From NCBI GenBank assembly GCA_020630915.1, contig JAHDIF010000010.1, forward strand, positions 30,210 to 94,209: DNA of 64,000 nucleotides, given 5' to 3'. Both the position numbers and the translations under genes were made by a program. The notes below the pieces were generated by a model. That model searched no databases, was not told the DNA's origin, and saw only the letters and a program-made list of their open reading frames with translations. Of the stretch, positions 27,424-35,888 are shown piece after piece; the first letter of the stretch is position 1, and every line of letters begins with the position of its first letter. Origin of the DNA: Dokdonia sp. Its GTDB lineage: Bacteria > Bacteroidota > Bacteroidia > Flavobacteriales > Flavobacteriaceae.

Positions 27424-28296
27424 ATGGAGATAAAATATTCAAGAATTATTCAAGGGTGCATGACCTGGGGTAAATGGGGTAAGCAACTCAGTACAAATCA
27501 GATGATTGATTTAATGAATCACTGTCTGGATCAGGGAATTACCACCTTTGATCATGCTGATATTTATGGAGATTATAGTACGGAAGAAGATTTTGGGTAC
27601 GCTTTCGCGAAAGCAAACATAGCTCGAGAATCTATACAACTCATCTCAAAATGTGGCATCCAGTATATGGGTGAAGCGAGGCCAGAACTCAAAGTAAAAC
27701 ATTATCAATACGACGCAGATTACATTGTCTGGAGCGCTGAAAGATCCCTTAGATTATTGCAAACCGAATATCTAGATCTGTTTCTACTCCATAGGCCCAG
27801 CCCATTAATGGAAGCGGCAGAAGTAGCTAAGGCGTTTGAACAATTACGATTGCAAGGAAAGGTGCGCACCTTTGGTGTATCTAACTTTACATCTTCTCAG
27901 ATAGATCTTATTAAAAGCGCGGCAGAGGTAAGCGCAAATCAAGTTGAGTTTAGTCTAACCCAGCACAGTGCGATGCACGACGGAAGTTTAGATCATATGA
28001 AAATTAATAACGTACGAGCGATGAGTTGGAGTCCTCTAGGAAGTGTGTTTCGTGAAGATACAGAGCAAACGCAACGCATTAAAAAAGCGCTAGTACCGCT
28101 TTGTGAAAAATACAATGCTACACAAGATCAACTGTTGCTTGCTTGGATTTTAACCCACCCTTCTGCAGTACATCCTGTTATTGGGACAACCAGTCCAGCT
28201 AGAATAACAAATGCAGCAAAAGCAGTAGCTATTGAGCTGGATAAAGAAGATTGGTTCCTCTTGCTGGTGGCGAGTCAAGGGCATAAAGTGCCTTAA
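27424..28296 (+). CDS. Aldo/keto reductase (YdhF-like)
   Basis: TTFDHADIYG, LISKCG, LLHRPSP, FGVSNF, WSPLG. Confidence 0.92.
   Translation: MEIKYSRIIQGCMTWGKWGKQLSTNQMIDLMNHCLDQGITTFDHADIYGDYSTEEDFGYAFAKANIARESIQLISKCGIQYMGEARPELKVKHYQYDADYIVWSAERSLRLLQTEYLDLFLLHRPSPLMEAAEVAKAFEQLRLQGKVRTFGVSNFTSSQIDLIKSAAEVSANQVEFSLTQHSAMHDGSLDHMKINNVRAMSWSPLGSVFREDTEQTQRIKKALVPLCEKYNATQDQLLLAWILTHPSAVHPVIGTTSPARITNAAKAVAIELDKEDWFLLLVASQGHKVP
27601..27614. repeat. Iterated palindrome in the AKR gene (AFAKA)
   Basis: Exact match. Confidence 0.95.
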
Positions 28297-28328
28297 TACA
28301 GGCACCTTATGTACTAATAGTCTTTAGT

Positions 28329-29159
28329 TTACTCTAGGTTAATGGTGCCTAGATCTGTAGTTTCTTCGTTTGTAACAGAGACATCTTCTATTACAGCGTT
28401 TTCTAAATTTGCATCAGGATCTGCTTCTATAAGCACCGTATACGTCCCAGTAGGGAGACCAGATAATAAAAATTCTCCAGCGTCATTTGTGTAAGTAGAT
28501 ATCTCTACTGTAGCATTATTAGCTGTCACTACTACTTGAGGTCCAAGAGGAGTAACAGTTCCAATAATTTGTCCACTATCTGTTGATAAAGAAGCTCGTA
28601 TTGTAGGCTTCAGTAAATAATTGCCATTTCCTTGTGCAACGATAGATCGCTCTACATCAAAATCCAGAAGGAATTCATATAGAACATCATTTTCTAATGT
28701 CTGGTTAAGCTGTATTTTTAAACCACTTTGTTGCGCACTGGGGGTGGCTAGTGGAAGAGAGACACCATCTACAACAACGGTGTTTTCTTCTCCTAGTATT
28801 AGTCTTATTTGGCTTATATCGCCAGCAGGAATTTCATCGTCGGATAATAGTACAGAGACACCTCCTGTAAGTTCTAAAAGATTATAGATCCCGGCATTAA
28901 AGTTGTCAAGTACAACGGTATTGTTATCATCATTGTCATTGTCATTGTCATCATTGTCGTCGTTGTCATCGTCATTGTTATTATATTTGAGCTCAATACT
29001 TTGGACATCTATATTAACCTCGTCATAATCTCCTGGAGCATCCGTTAGTCTAACGGCAATTCGAGATTCACCATTCACTTCATTGTTTTCATCGTTATCA
29101 CAGGATAGTACGGTAATCGTACAAAAAAGCAACACAACTATTTTTAATATGTTTTTCAT
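28329..29159 (-). CDS. DUF4382 domain lipoprotein with carboxypeptidase-regulatory-like C-terminal domain
   Basis: Lipobox VLSC, VRLTDAPG, SAQQSGLKI, LDFDVERS. Confidence 0.85.
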   Translation of the reverse strand: MKNILKIVVLLFCTITVLSCDNDENNEVNGESRIAVRLTDAPGDYDEVNIDVQSIELKYNNNDDDNDDNDDNDNDNDDNNTVVLDNFNAGIYNLLELTGGVSVLLSDDEIPAGDISQIRLILGEENTVVVDGVSLPLATPSAQQSGLKIQLNQTLENDVLYEFLLDFDVERSIVAQGNGNYLLKPTIRASLSTDSGQIIGTVTPLGPQVVVTANNATVEISTYTNDAGEFLLSGLPTGTYTVLIEADPDANLENAVIEDVSVTNEETTDLGTINLE

Positions 29160-29292
29160 AAATAAATATTTCTAATTAAAGTATTCATATAAAAGTTCTT
29201 GATATTTATACGTTCAATAGTAAATAACAGATCTTTTACTCCAAATATAAACGGTTTTTTATTGAACATAGTATTGACTTTAAAATGTACAA

Positions 29293-30051
29293 ATGGATAC
29301 GCATACAATAGCACTAATAACGGGAGCCACTAGCGGTATAGGGAAAGCCACTGCCATACGATTTGCAAATGAAGGAATTAACCTTGTTTTATGCGGTCGC
29401 AGGCAGGATAGACTGGATGCACTTAAAGACAGCCTAGGAGAAAGAGTGACTATTTATACACTCAACTTTGACATAAGAGATAAGGACAACGTTCAAACTG
29501 CTATCGCTAGTTTGCCAGAGGCCTTCTCACAAATAGACATTCTTATCAATAATGCAGGCAATGCACATGGATTAGATCCTATACAAACTGGAAGTACAGA
29601 CGATTGGGACGCCATGTTAGATATTAATGTAAAGGGATTGTTATATGTAAGTAAAGCAATAATTCCTCAAATGACAGCCCGTAAAAGTGGGCACATCATA
29701 AACATAGGCTCTACTGCTGGTAAAGAAGTATACCCTAATGGCAATGTGTATTGCGCCAGCAAGCACGCAGTAGACGCTATCAACCAAGGAATGCGCATTG
29801 ATTTAAACAAGCATAACATACGTGTAGGAGCTGTTAATCCGGGGATGGTGCATACAGAGTTTAGCGAAGTGCGATTTAAAGGTGATACAGAGAGAGCAGA
29901 TAAAGTCTACCAAGGTTTTGATGTTCTTAAACCAGAAGACATTGCAGACATTATTCACTTTGTAGTTTCCAGACCGTATCACGTAAACATCGCAGATCTT
30001 GTGGTGATGAGTACCGCGCAAGCTTCTTCTACCATTATTAACAAGAGTTAA
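29293..30051 (+). CDS. SDR family NAD(P)-dependent oxidoreductase (YdfG-like)
   Basis: TGATSGIG, NNAG, YCASK catalytic motif. Confidence 0.93.
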   Translation: MDTHTIALITGATSGIGKATAIRFANEGINLVLCGRRQDRLDALKDSLGERVTIYTLNFDIRDKDNVQTAIASLPEAFSQIDILINNAGNAHGLDPIQTGSTDDWDAMLDINVKGLLYVSKAIIPQMTARKSGHIINIGSTAGKEVYPNGNVYCASKHAVDAINQGMRIDLNKHNIRVGAVNPGMVHTEFSEVRFKGDTERADKVYQGFDVLKPEDIADIIHFVVSRPYHVNIADLVVMSTAQASSTIINKS

Positions 30052-30058
30052 GCTGCTA

Positions 30059-31195
30059 ATGATCAACAAACGCCTTTTAATTAAAAATCTACTCGCGCAT
30101 AACGACGAGAACAGTTTTTATGACAAAAAGCGTAAAATTGATATAGGAAGCAAAGAAGGAAAGGCCAAATTTTTAAAACACATTTGCGCACTTTCTAATT
30201 CTAACCCTAAGAATAATTCGTACATCGTTATTGGAGTAGATGATAGTGACAACGCGATTGTAGGCGTGCCTTTTTTTGACGATAGTAAATTGCAAAATCT
30301 GGTGAATGCCTATCTAGAGAATCCCCCTATTATCTCTTATGAAAATATCCCGTTTCCTAGCCTTCCAGAGGATAAGGTAGTGGGTCTTGTGACCATACGC
30401 GCTCAAGACAAACTTACGGCTCTAAAGCGCAATATCTGGAAATACTGGGGAGGCACCGTATTCTTTAGAGATGGCAGTATCTCGATGCCCAAGGTCTTTA
30501 AAAGTGATGTAGAAGACGTAAACAGTGAGATCGTAGCTGCTATAGAAACCCACGCTCGCAATAGCATAGAACTTACGTTGGACGGAGTGATGGATTTTGT
30601 AAACGAGCGTCATAAAGATATGGAGAGTCAGTACAAGGTCTTTAAAGAGCAGTTTGTATTATGCTGGGCAGGGCATAAAAAAGTGATTAAGGGCAGCACC
30701 TATTACTCACGAGTAGATATAGAATTGATTAATGAGCAAGTGCGTCTTTTTTACAGTGCGCTTGATGAGGTGAGTATCGAGTACGATGATGATTGCTTTT
30801 CTATCCTTGAGTATGTACATCTTGGAGTACAAGAACAGTTCAAATATTACCCTTTAGAGGAGGTGGTGATACGCTTTCGCGAAAGCGGAACCTATACTAT
30901 TGACACCACGCTAGTGTTTGATCCACCGCGGTTTGATAAAAAGGTCCTGCATCATATTTTTAATAATAACAATGTGATTTTTTACAAGTTAAAGAGAGGC
31001 ATTCCTCTTAACCAAGGCGAGCATAAAGACTTGCACCAGCTTCCTAACACGTATTTGATTTGTTATCTTAACGGTTTTGATACCGCCATCCAGAAACTGG
31101 AGGAAGTAAAACCACTATTAAAGAAATACAAAGGCGGCATTTATAATCGTTACAAAGAGACCATGCGTATCTTGCGTAAAGTAAAATATGAATAG
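30059..31195 (+). CDS. AlbA_2/Schlafen-like domain protein (often labelled ATP-binding protein)
   Basis: N-terminal ENSFYDKK...FLKHICALSNS...YIVIGVDD pattern. Confidence 0.7.
   Translation: MINKRLLIKNLLAHNDENSFYDKKRKIDIGSKEGKAKFLKHICALSNSNPKNNSYIVIGVDDSDNAIVGVPFFDDSKLQNLVNAYLENPPIISYENIPFPSLPEDKVVGLVTIRAQDKLTALKRNIWKYWGGTVFFRDGSISMPKVFKSDVEDVNSEIVAAIETHARNSIELTLDGVMDFVNERHKDMESQYKVFKEQFVLCWAGHKKVIKGSTYYSRVDIELINEQVRLFYSALDEVSIEYDDDCFSILEYVHLGVQEQFKYYPLEEVVIRFRESGTYTIDTTLVFDPPRFDKKVLHHIFNNNNVIFYKLKRGIPLNQGEHKDLHQLPNTYLICYLNGFDTAIQKLEEVKPLLKKYKGGIYNRYKETMRILRKVKYE
30873..30886. repeat. Iterated palindrome in CDS (RFRES frame)
   Basis: Exact match. Confidence 0.95.
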
Positions 31196-31244
31196 AGGGG
31201 TTGTTTTTATATAGTCGAAATGCTTGTCGTCACGATGTAATTAA

Positions 31245-31285
31245 GGCGATCGAGTATTTTTAAAAAGTAAAAATGTATCGAGACC
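31245..31285 (+). repeat. About 41-nt repeat element (GGYGATYGAGT...AAATGTATCGARAYC), copy 1
   Basis: Shares both ends with the reverse complement of 32183-32225. Confidence 0.55.
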
Positions 31286-31308
31286 CCGATATGATGAAAT
31301 ATGAATAA

Positions 31309-32058
31309 ATGAGTAGAACATTAGTTATAGGCGATTTACACGGAGGTTTAAAAGGATTAGAACAGGTAATGGAGCGTGCTCAGATTGCGGCGAATGATCA
31401 TCTGATATTTTTAGGAGATTATGTAGATGGATGGAGTGATAGTGCGGCAACGGTAAGTTTTTTAATCGCGCTTTCGCGAAAGCAAAAGTGTACCTTTATA
31501 AGAGGTAATCACGACGATCTTGTTCATCAATTTCTCTTGGGTAAAGAGATGAGTGAGAATTGGATAATTCATGGTGGTCAGAGTTCTAAAGAGGGCTATG
31601 CTTTGCTTTGTGCCGAAGAAAAGAAGCAACACATCCGTTTTTATGAAAAGCTTCATGATTACCACATAGACAGTGATAACCGAATCTTCTGTCACGCGGG
31701 CTTCCAGAATCAAAATGGCCCAGAAGCAGAGTGGTATAGCACAGCTTTTTATTGGGATCGCACCTTATGGGAGATGGTATGTGCCATGGATACTAATCTC
31801 AAGCCTGGAGACTTACATTATCCTAAACGACTCTCACTATTTTCTGAAATATACATAGGCCACACACCCGTAACAAAAATAGGTGCGACGACTCCCGTAC
31901 AAAGAGCAAACGTTTGGAATATAGATACGGGTGCAGCGTTTATGGGTCCAGTTACTATTTTAGATGTGGAGACTAAGAAGTACTGGCAAAGTACACCAGT
32001 TTGGCAATTGTATCCAGATGAGGTAGGAAGGAATCAGAGGTCTTATCAAGATTCTTAA
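31309..32058 (+). CDS. Calcineurin-like metallophosphoesterase (PrpA/ApaH-like)
   Basis: GDLHG, GDYVD, RGNHD, HAG and GHTP motifs. Confidence 0.92.
   Translation: MSRTLVIGDLHGGLKGLEQVMERAQIAANDHLIFLGDYVDGWSDSAATVSFLIALSRKQKCTFIRGNHDDLVHQFLLGKEMSENWIIHGGQSSKEGYALLCAEEKKQHIRFYEKLHDYHIDSDNRIFCHAGFQNQNGPEAEWYSTAFYWDRTLWEMVCAMDTNLKPGDLHYPKRLSLFSEIYIGHTPVTKIGATTPVQRANVWNIDTGAAFMGPVTILDVETKKYWQSTPVWQLYPDEVGRNQRSYQDS
31470..31483. repeat. Iterated palindrome in CDS (LSRK frame)
   Basis: Exact match. Confidence 0.95.
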
Positions 32059-32097
32059 AAGAAAGAAGCCTAGTACCCTACACCTCATATTTCAGTA

Positions 32098-32280
32098 ATC
32101 TCGATACACTGCGCCCTGTGGTTGCAATACGAGATCACTTTCTTTTTTACTTCCAACTTCTATCTTCCACCATCAGGCTTCTGTGATTTCGATACATTTC
32201 TCGTACCTCGAAACACTCAATCACCGATCATCCGGCATCCATCTTCTAGCATCCACCTTCGTACCTCGTACCTCGAACCT
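32098..32280. repeat. Composite repeat tract: two copies of the TGTATCGAGAT-type element plus CnTCnnn heptamer arrays
   Basis: Elements at 32098-32139 and 32183-32225; heptamers at 32150-32184 and 32229-32277. Confidence 0.65.
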
Positions 32281-32372
32281 AGAAAGGGGTAAACACCCTT
32301 AGTCTTTTGCGTTATTTAGACTGCTCTTTCCTTGTGAAGTTCTCACATATTTGTAGAGTAATTAATCACTTA

Positions 32373-32400
32373 CGTCATTCTGAACTAGTTTCAGAATCGC
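32373..32400 (+). repeat. CGTC-tagged REP-like hairpin CGTCATTCTGAACTAGTTTCAGAATC
   Basis: ATTCTGAA/TTCAGAAT stem; near-identical copy at 32630. Confidence 0.8.
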
Positions 32401-32433
32401 ACAACAAGCTTAGTTATGAAGCGAGCAACTCGT

Positions 32434-32461
32434 GAGACGCTCAAATAAATTTAGCGTAACG
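32434..32461 (-). repeat. Degenerate inverted REP partner
   Basis: Minus strand CGTTACGCTAAATTTATTTGAGCGTCTC, ACGCT/AGCGT stem. Confidence 0.5.
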
Positions 32462-32505
32462 AGAGCTTAACTTGAATAAAGGGAATAACCATAAATAGTC
32501 TAACG

Positions 32506-32625
32506 ATGAAACTACAAGAAAACGACTTACAAATGCTGGAAGCACTCGTGTATGATGAAGAGTTTGATATTAACTTTTTCTCTATTGAGTTTTCTAATGG
32601 AGAGAAATTAGAAATAAGTCGCTAG
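32506..32625 (+). CDS. Possible 39-aa acidic small ORF or gene fragment
   Basis: ATG...TAG (MKLQENDLQMLEALVYDEEFDINFFSIEFSNGEKLEISR), below the track cutoff, between two REPs. Confidence 0.3.
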   Translation: MKLQENDLQMLEALVYDEEFDINFFSIEFSNGEKLEISR

Positions 32626-32629
32626 CATA

Positions 32630-32657
32630 CGTCATTCTGAACTTGTTTCAGAATCAC
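32630..32657 (+). repeat. CGTC-tagged REP-like hairpin, second copy
   Basis: 32/34 identity to 32371-32404 including flanks. Confidence 0.8.
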
Positions 32658-32832
32658 ACAAGAAACTAAGGCAAGAAACCCACAAGAGCGTCGAAGGCAT
32701 TAAGGCGTTAGAATGAATTCATTGTGATGATTAAATGATTTAGATCAATATTAGTATTAAGCACTTTAGGAATAAACAAAGTAAAAAAACTTTAAAAGCT
32801 ATACTTTTTGAATTAGCCAGCTTTTGAATTAG

Positions 32833-32868
32833 AAACGTCCAATACTTGGGGGAGTATTGGACGTTTTT
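32833..32868. terminator. Intrinsic terminator-like hairpin
   Basis: 14-bp stem aaacgtccaatact / agtattggacgttt abutting the stop of the minus-strand gene. Confidence 0.7.
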
Positions 32869-34228
32869 AATCTATAATTATCTTCTTTACAATATGTCGG
32901 TTCTCACTCTCTAACCTTATAAAATACATACCTTTTGAAATATGGTTTATATTAATCTGTCCCAAATCTCTTTGCGATGTATACACTTCCTTACCAGCGA
33001 CATCTAAGATAGTAATATCACTTATTGCTGTAGTAGACTCTATAAATAAGGTGTCTCGTGCAGGATTAGGGTAAATTTTTGTTTGTGATAGGCGAACGTT
33101 TTCTACACTCAAAACTGTAAAATTCTCATACCAAGCGACCTTATTGTCATTACGAGAGGCAGATAGCGCATCCATATCGCCATCATTATCTAGATCTGCT
33201 GCTTGTACTGAAAATAGTGCTTGTGCGTTGGTACTGATGATTTGTTGTGGCCCAAAAGACCCTTGCCCGTCCATATTTTCATACCAAGCCACTTTTGCAT
33301 CTTGACCAGAACCAGAAAGTACGTCCATATCTCCATCATTATCGAGATCGGTCACAAAAACACTTATGGCTCCTTGAGCTTCTGTTGTGATGACTTGCGG
33401 GCTTGCAAAATTGCCAGCACCTCCTAAATTTTCACGCCATTCTACTTTATTCTCGGCATTGGTTGTGGTCACCAGATCTTTATCCCCGTCTCCATCAATA
33501 TCTTCTGTAAAGATAGCAGACTTTGTAAGTGCGTTACCTGCTAGTATTTGAATGGGGCTAAAAGTACCAAGTCCATCTAAATTCTCATACCAGGATAATG
33601 TAAAACTTCCAGAACTGACAGCAACTACATCTAAATCTCCATCTTGGTCAATATCTACAATACTCACCGCTCTAGCATTTGAGATATTATCGTTAATCAC
33701 TTGCTTAGGTCCAAAATTTCCAAGTCCATCTAGATTTTCATGCCACGCAACCCCAGAGGTGCTAGAACCCGTTACAAGATCGATATCTCCATCATTATCG
33801 ATATCTCCGGCTTGTACATCATTAATATTAATGGTTTCATCTGAAATAATTTTCTGAGAACTAAAGGTTCCTAAACCATCTAGATTTTCATACCAGACCA
33901 CGAGATCAATAAAAACGGCAGTAGCAAGAATATCGATATCTCCATCGCCATCTAGGTCTGCACCATTTACATCTAGCGGTTGGTCTAAATCTGCAATAAG
34001 TTGCAAGGAGCCAAACTGGCCATTTCCTAGATTCTTAAACCAAGTAATAGATTCTCCCCAGTGATTTGCCGAGGCCACGTCCATCAGTCCATCTCCATCT
34101 ATATCTCCTGCATAAACCGTCCAAGCGCCAGAAGTTTCGGTAGATATAATCTTTTCACTACTGAATTGTGCTGTCACTTCTAATCTCCAGCATAGAGCAA
34201 TTAGAACTATTAATAGACCTTTAGTCAT
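32867..34228 (-). CDS. FG-GAP/VCBS repeat protein with T9SS type A C-terminal domain
   Basis: Seven DLDGDGDxD-type repeats; IYPNPARD...GMYFIRL...KKIII CTD. Confidence 0.9.
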   Translation of the reverse strand: MTKGLLIVLIALCWRLEVTAQFSSEKIISTETSGAWTVYAGDIDGDGLMDVASANHWGESITWFKNLGNGQFGSLQLIADLDQPLDVNGADLDGDGDIDILATAVFIDLVVWYENLDGLGTFSSQKIISDETININDVQAGDIDNDGDIDLVTGSSTSGVAWHENLDGLGNFGPKQVINDNISNARAVSIVDIDQDGDLDVVAVSSGSFTLSWYENLDGLGTFSPIQILAGNALTKSAIFTEDIDGDGDKDLVTTTNAENKVEWRENLGGAGNFASPQVITTEAQGAISVFVTDLDNDGDMDVLSGSGQDAKVAWYENMDGQGSFGPQQIISTNAQALFSVQAADLDNDGDMDALSASRNDNKVAWYENFTVLSVENVRLSQTKIYPNPARDTLFIESTTAISDITILDVAGKEVYTSQRDLGQININHISKGMYFIRLESENRHIVKKIIID

Positions 34229-35753
34229 TACTTTTTTGTATTACTGTTTGTTCTACATCGCCATTGTCAAAGTCTTTTTCTATTTTGTAAAGACCAGGAT
34301 TAAGTGTGTTTATAAGGTTTTCTTGATTAATTCCAATAGAATCTTGAGGGGTGACGGTTACGTTATAATTAATAACACCATCTTCAAATCGTACTACTCT
34401 TCCTCCTACAGGTGTTCTATTGGTATTACTATAACACCTTCTTGGTTGGCTATCTATGGCAGGGTGTAAAATGGCTATAGATGTATGATTTTGATGTATG
34501 ATACTAAAATAATCTGTTGTGTACTTACTTATAGTATTGGCCAGTGGGATATAGTCAAATGCGGTATCTTCATAATCAGAAGGTTGATTATAGGGTCCAG
34601 AGCAAGGATGAAAGGCATAATCAAATCCAGGTTGTAAGAAGGGTATTTCTAACAAATTTCCACTAGGTCCCACATCATAATATTCACCACGATAGGGTTC
34701 ATAAAGAGATGCGATAGTTGTTTGAGCAGGGATAAGATCATTATCACTAACTATTTTCTCCTGCATTCGTATAGCTTGTCCTGGGCTAAAGGTGGTAACA
34801 CACGAACGGTAGGAATAAGACATGTAGTTTCTAACATCCTCTGGCGGAATTTGATAGGATGTGCCCTCACAATCAACATTTTGTCCAGTATAGGTACAGT
34901 CTTCTTGATTTACATAATACTTATTAAATTCTGATCCAAAAGAACAACTAGCATCTGGATCGTTAAAATAACAATATTCATTGGTGAAATCGGGCACTGC
35001 TGCCGTATCTGTGACTCGGTCGCCTCGTACATCTGCATTGTAATTAACATCTCCAGGATTTCTAGTTACGTGTTCACAAAAAGTACTCGTGTAGGAACTA
35101 TGTGTATGACGTAAGCCAAGGGCGTGACCCATTTCATGGTGGAGAATGCTGCCTTCAATATTCACGGTGGGCATAACGATCATATTCGTTCCTATACTTC
35201 TAGCAGCTCCTGCAAAGCTTTCTGTAGCATAAGGAACATATATATTGATAGCGTCTTCTTTTTCAAAACCATTATTTGAGGCGAAGTTGAAGAACTGTCC
35301 TATTTGACATCTATTTAAAGCCCCATAACCGTCGGGATCGAGAATTTCATTTCCGTTCTCATCTGTTTGAAACTCGCAACCACCGTCATAAATTACTTGT
35401 TGTAAGCCATTAGGACTATCAATTTCATCATACCCACGATATTTAAAAAATATGTTATACTCATTGAAAATTATATTAAGTTGTGCTACAGAAGCTAGTA
35501 CTTTTTGAAGTGTTAAAGGGTCTTCATTTTCAAAATGATACCCATTTACTTGCCAATAATAGACATTAAGCACAATAGGTTCGAAATTTTGTGCAGTTGC
35601 CATATCTTCTGAATAAGAAAACACCCCTGCCGGATCTGGAGTATCATCATCTGGTGTTGAGCACCAGTTATTAATATTCTGTGACAAAATTGGGGGGGCA
35701 AGTAGTATGGCTATTGCGATGGCGGTAAATTTGAGTAATACTTTTGTGGTCAT
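34221..35753 (-). CDS. Secreted metzincin metalloprotease (M43/pappalysin-ulilysin-like)
   Basis: HEMGHALGLRH zinc motif, NYMSY Met-turn, FSPGQ..RM; CTD-like tail. Confidence 0.85.
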   Translation of the reverse strand: MTTKVLLKFTAIAIAILLAPPILSQNINNWCSTPDDDTPDPAGVFSYSEDMATAQNFEPIVLNVYYWQVNGYHFENEDPLTLQKVLASVAQLNIIFNEYNIFFKYRGYDEIDSPNGLQQVIYDGGCEFQTDENGNEILDPDGYGALNRCQIGQFFNFASNNGFEKEDAINIYVPYATESFAGAARSIGTNMIVMPTVNIEGSILHHEMGHALGLRHTHSSYTSTFCEHVTRNPGDVNYNADVRGDRVTDTAAVPDFTNEYCYFNDPDASCSFGSEFNKYYVNQEDCTYTGQNVDCEGTSYQIPPEDVRNYMSYSYRSCVTTFSPGQAIRMQEKIVSDNDLIPAQTTIASLYEPYRGEYYDVGPSGNLLEIPFLQPGFDYAFHPCSGPYNQPSDYEDTAFDYIPLANTISKYTTDYFSIIHQNHTSIAILHPAIDSQPRRCYSNTNRTPVGGRVVRFEDGVINYNVTVTPQDSIGINQENLINTLNPGLYKIEKDFDNGDVEQTVIQKSND

Positions 35754-35888
35754 AAGATGTTGGTTATAAATGTTGTAGATTTATTTTGATAGTTAAATAA
35801 AGATAAAAATAATTTACAAACTAGCTAATGTGTTTAAAATTTGTAACATTTTGTATATTCAAGCCACCAACAGTTAAAACAACATATT

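Noticed and set aside
32806-32832. TTTTGAATTAG direct repeat as a target-site duplication
   Set aside because: The copies are only 5 nt apart with no element between them
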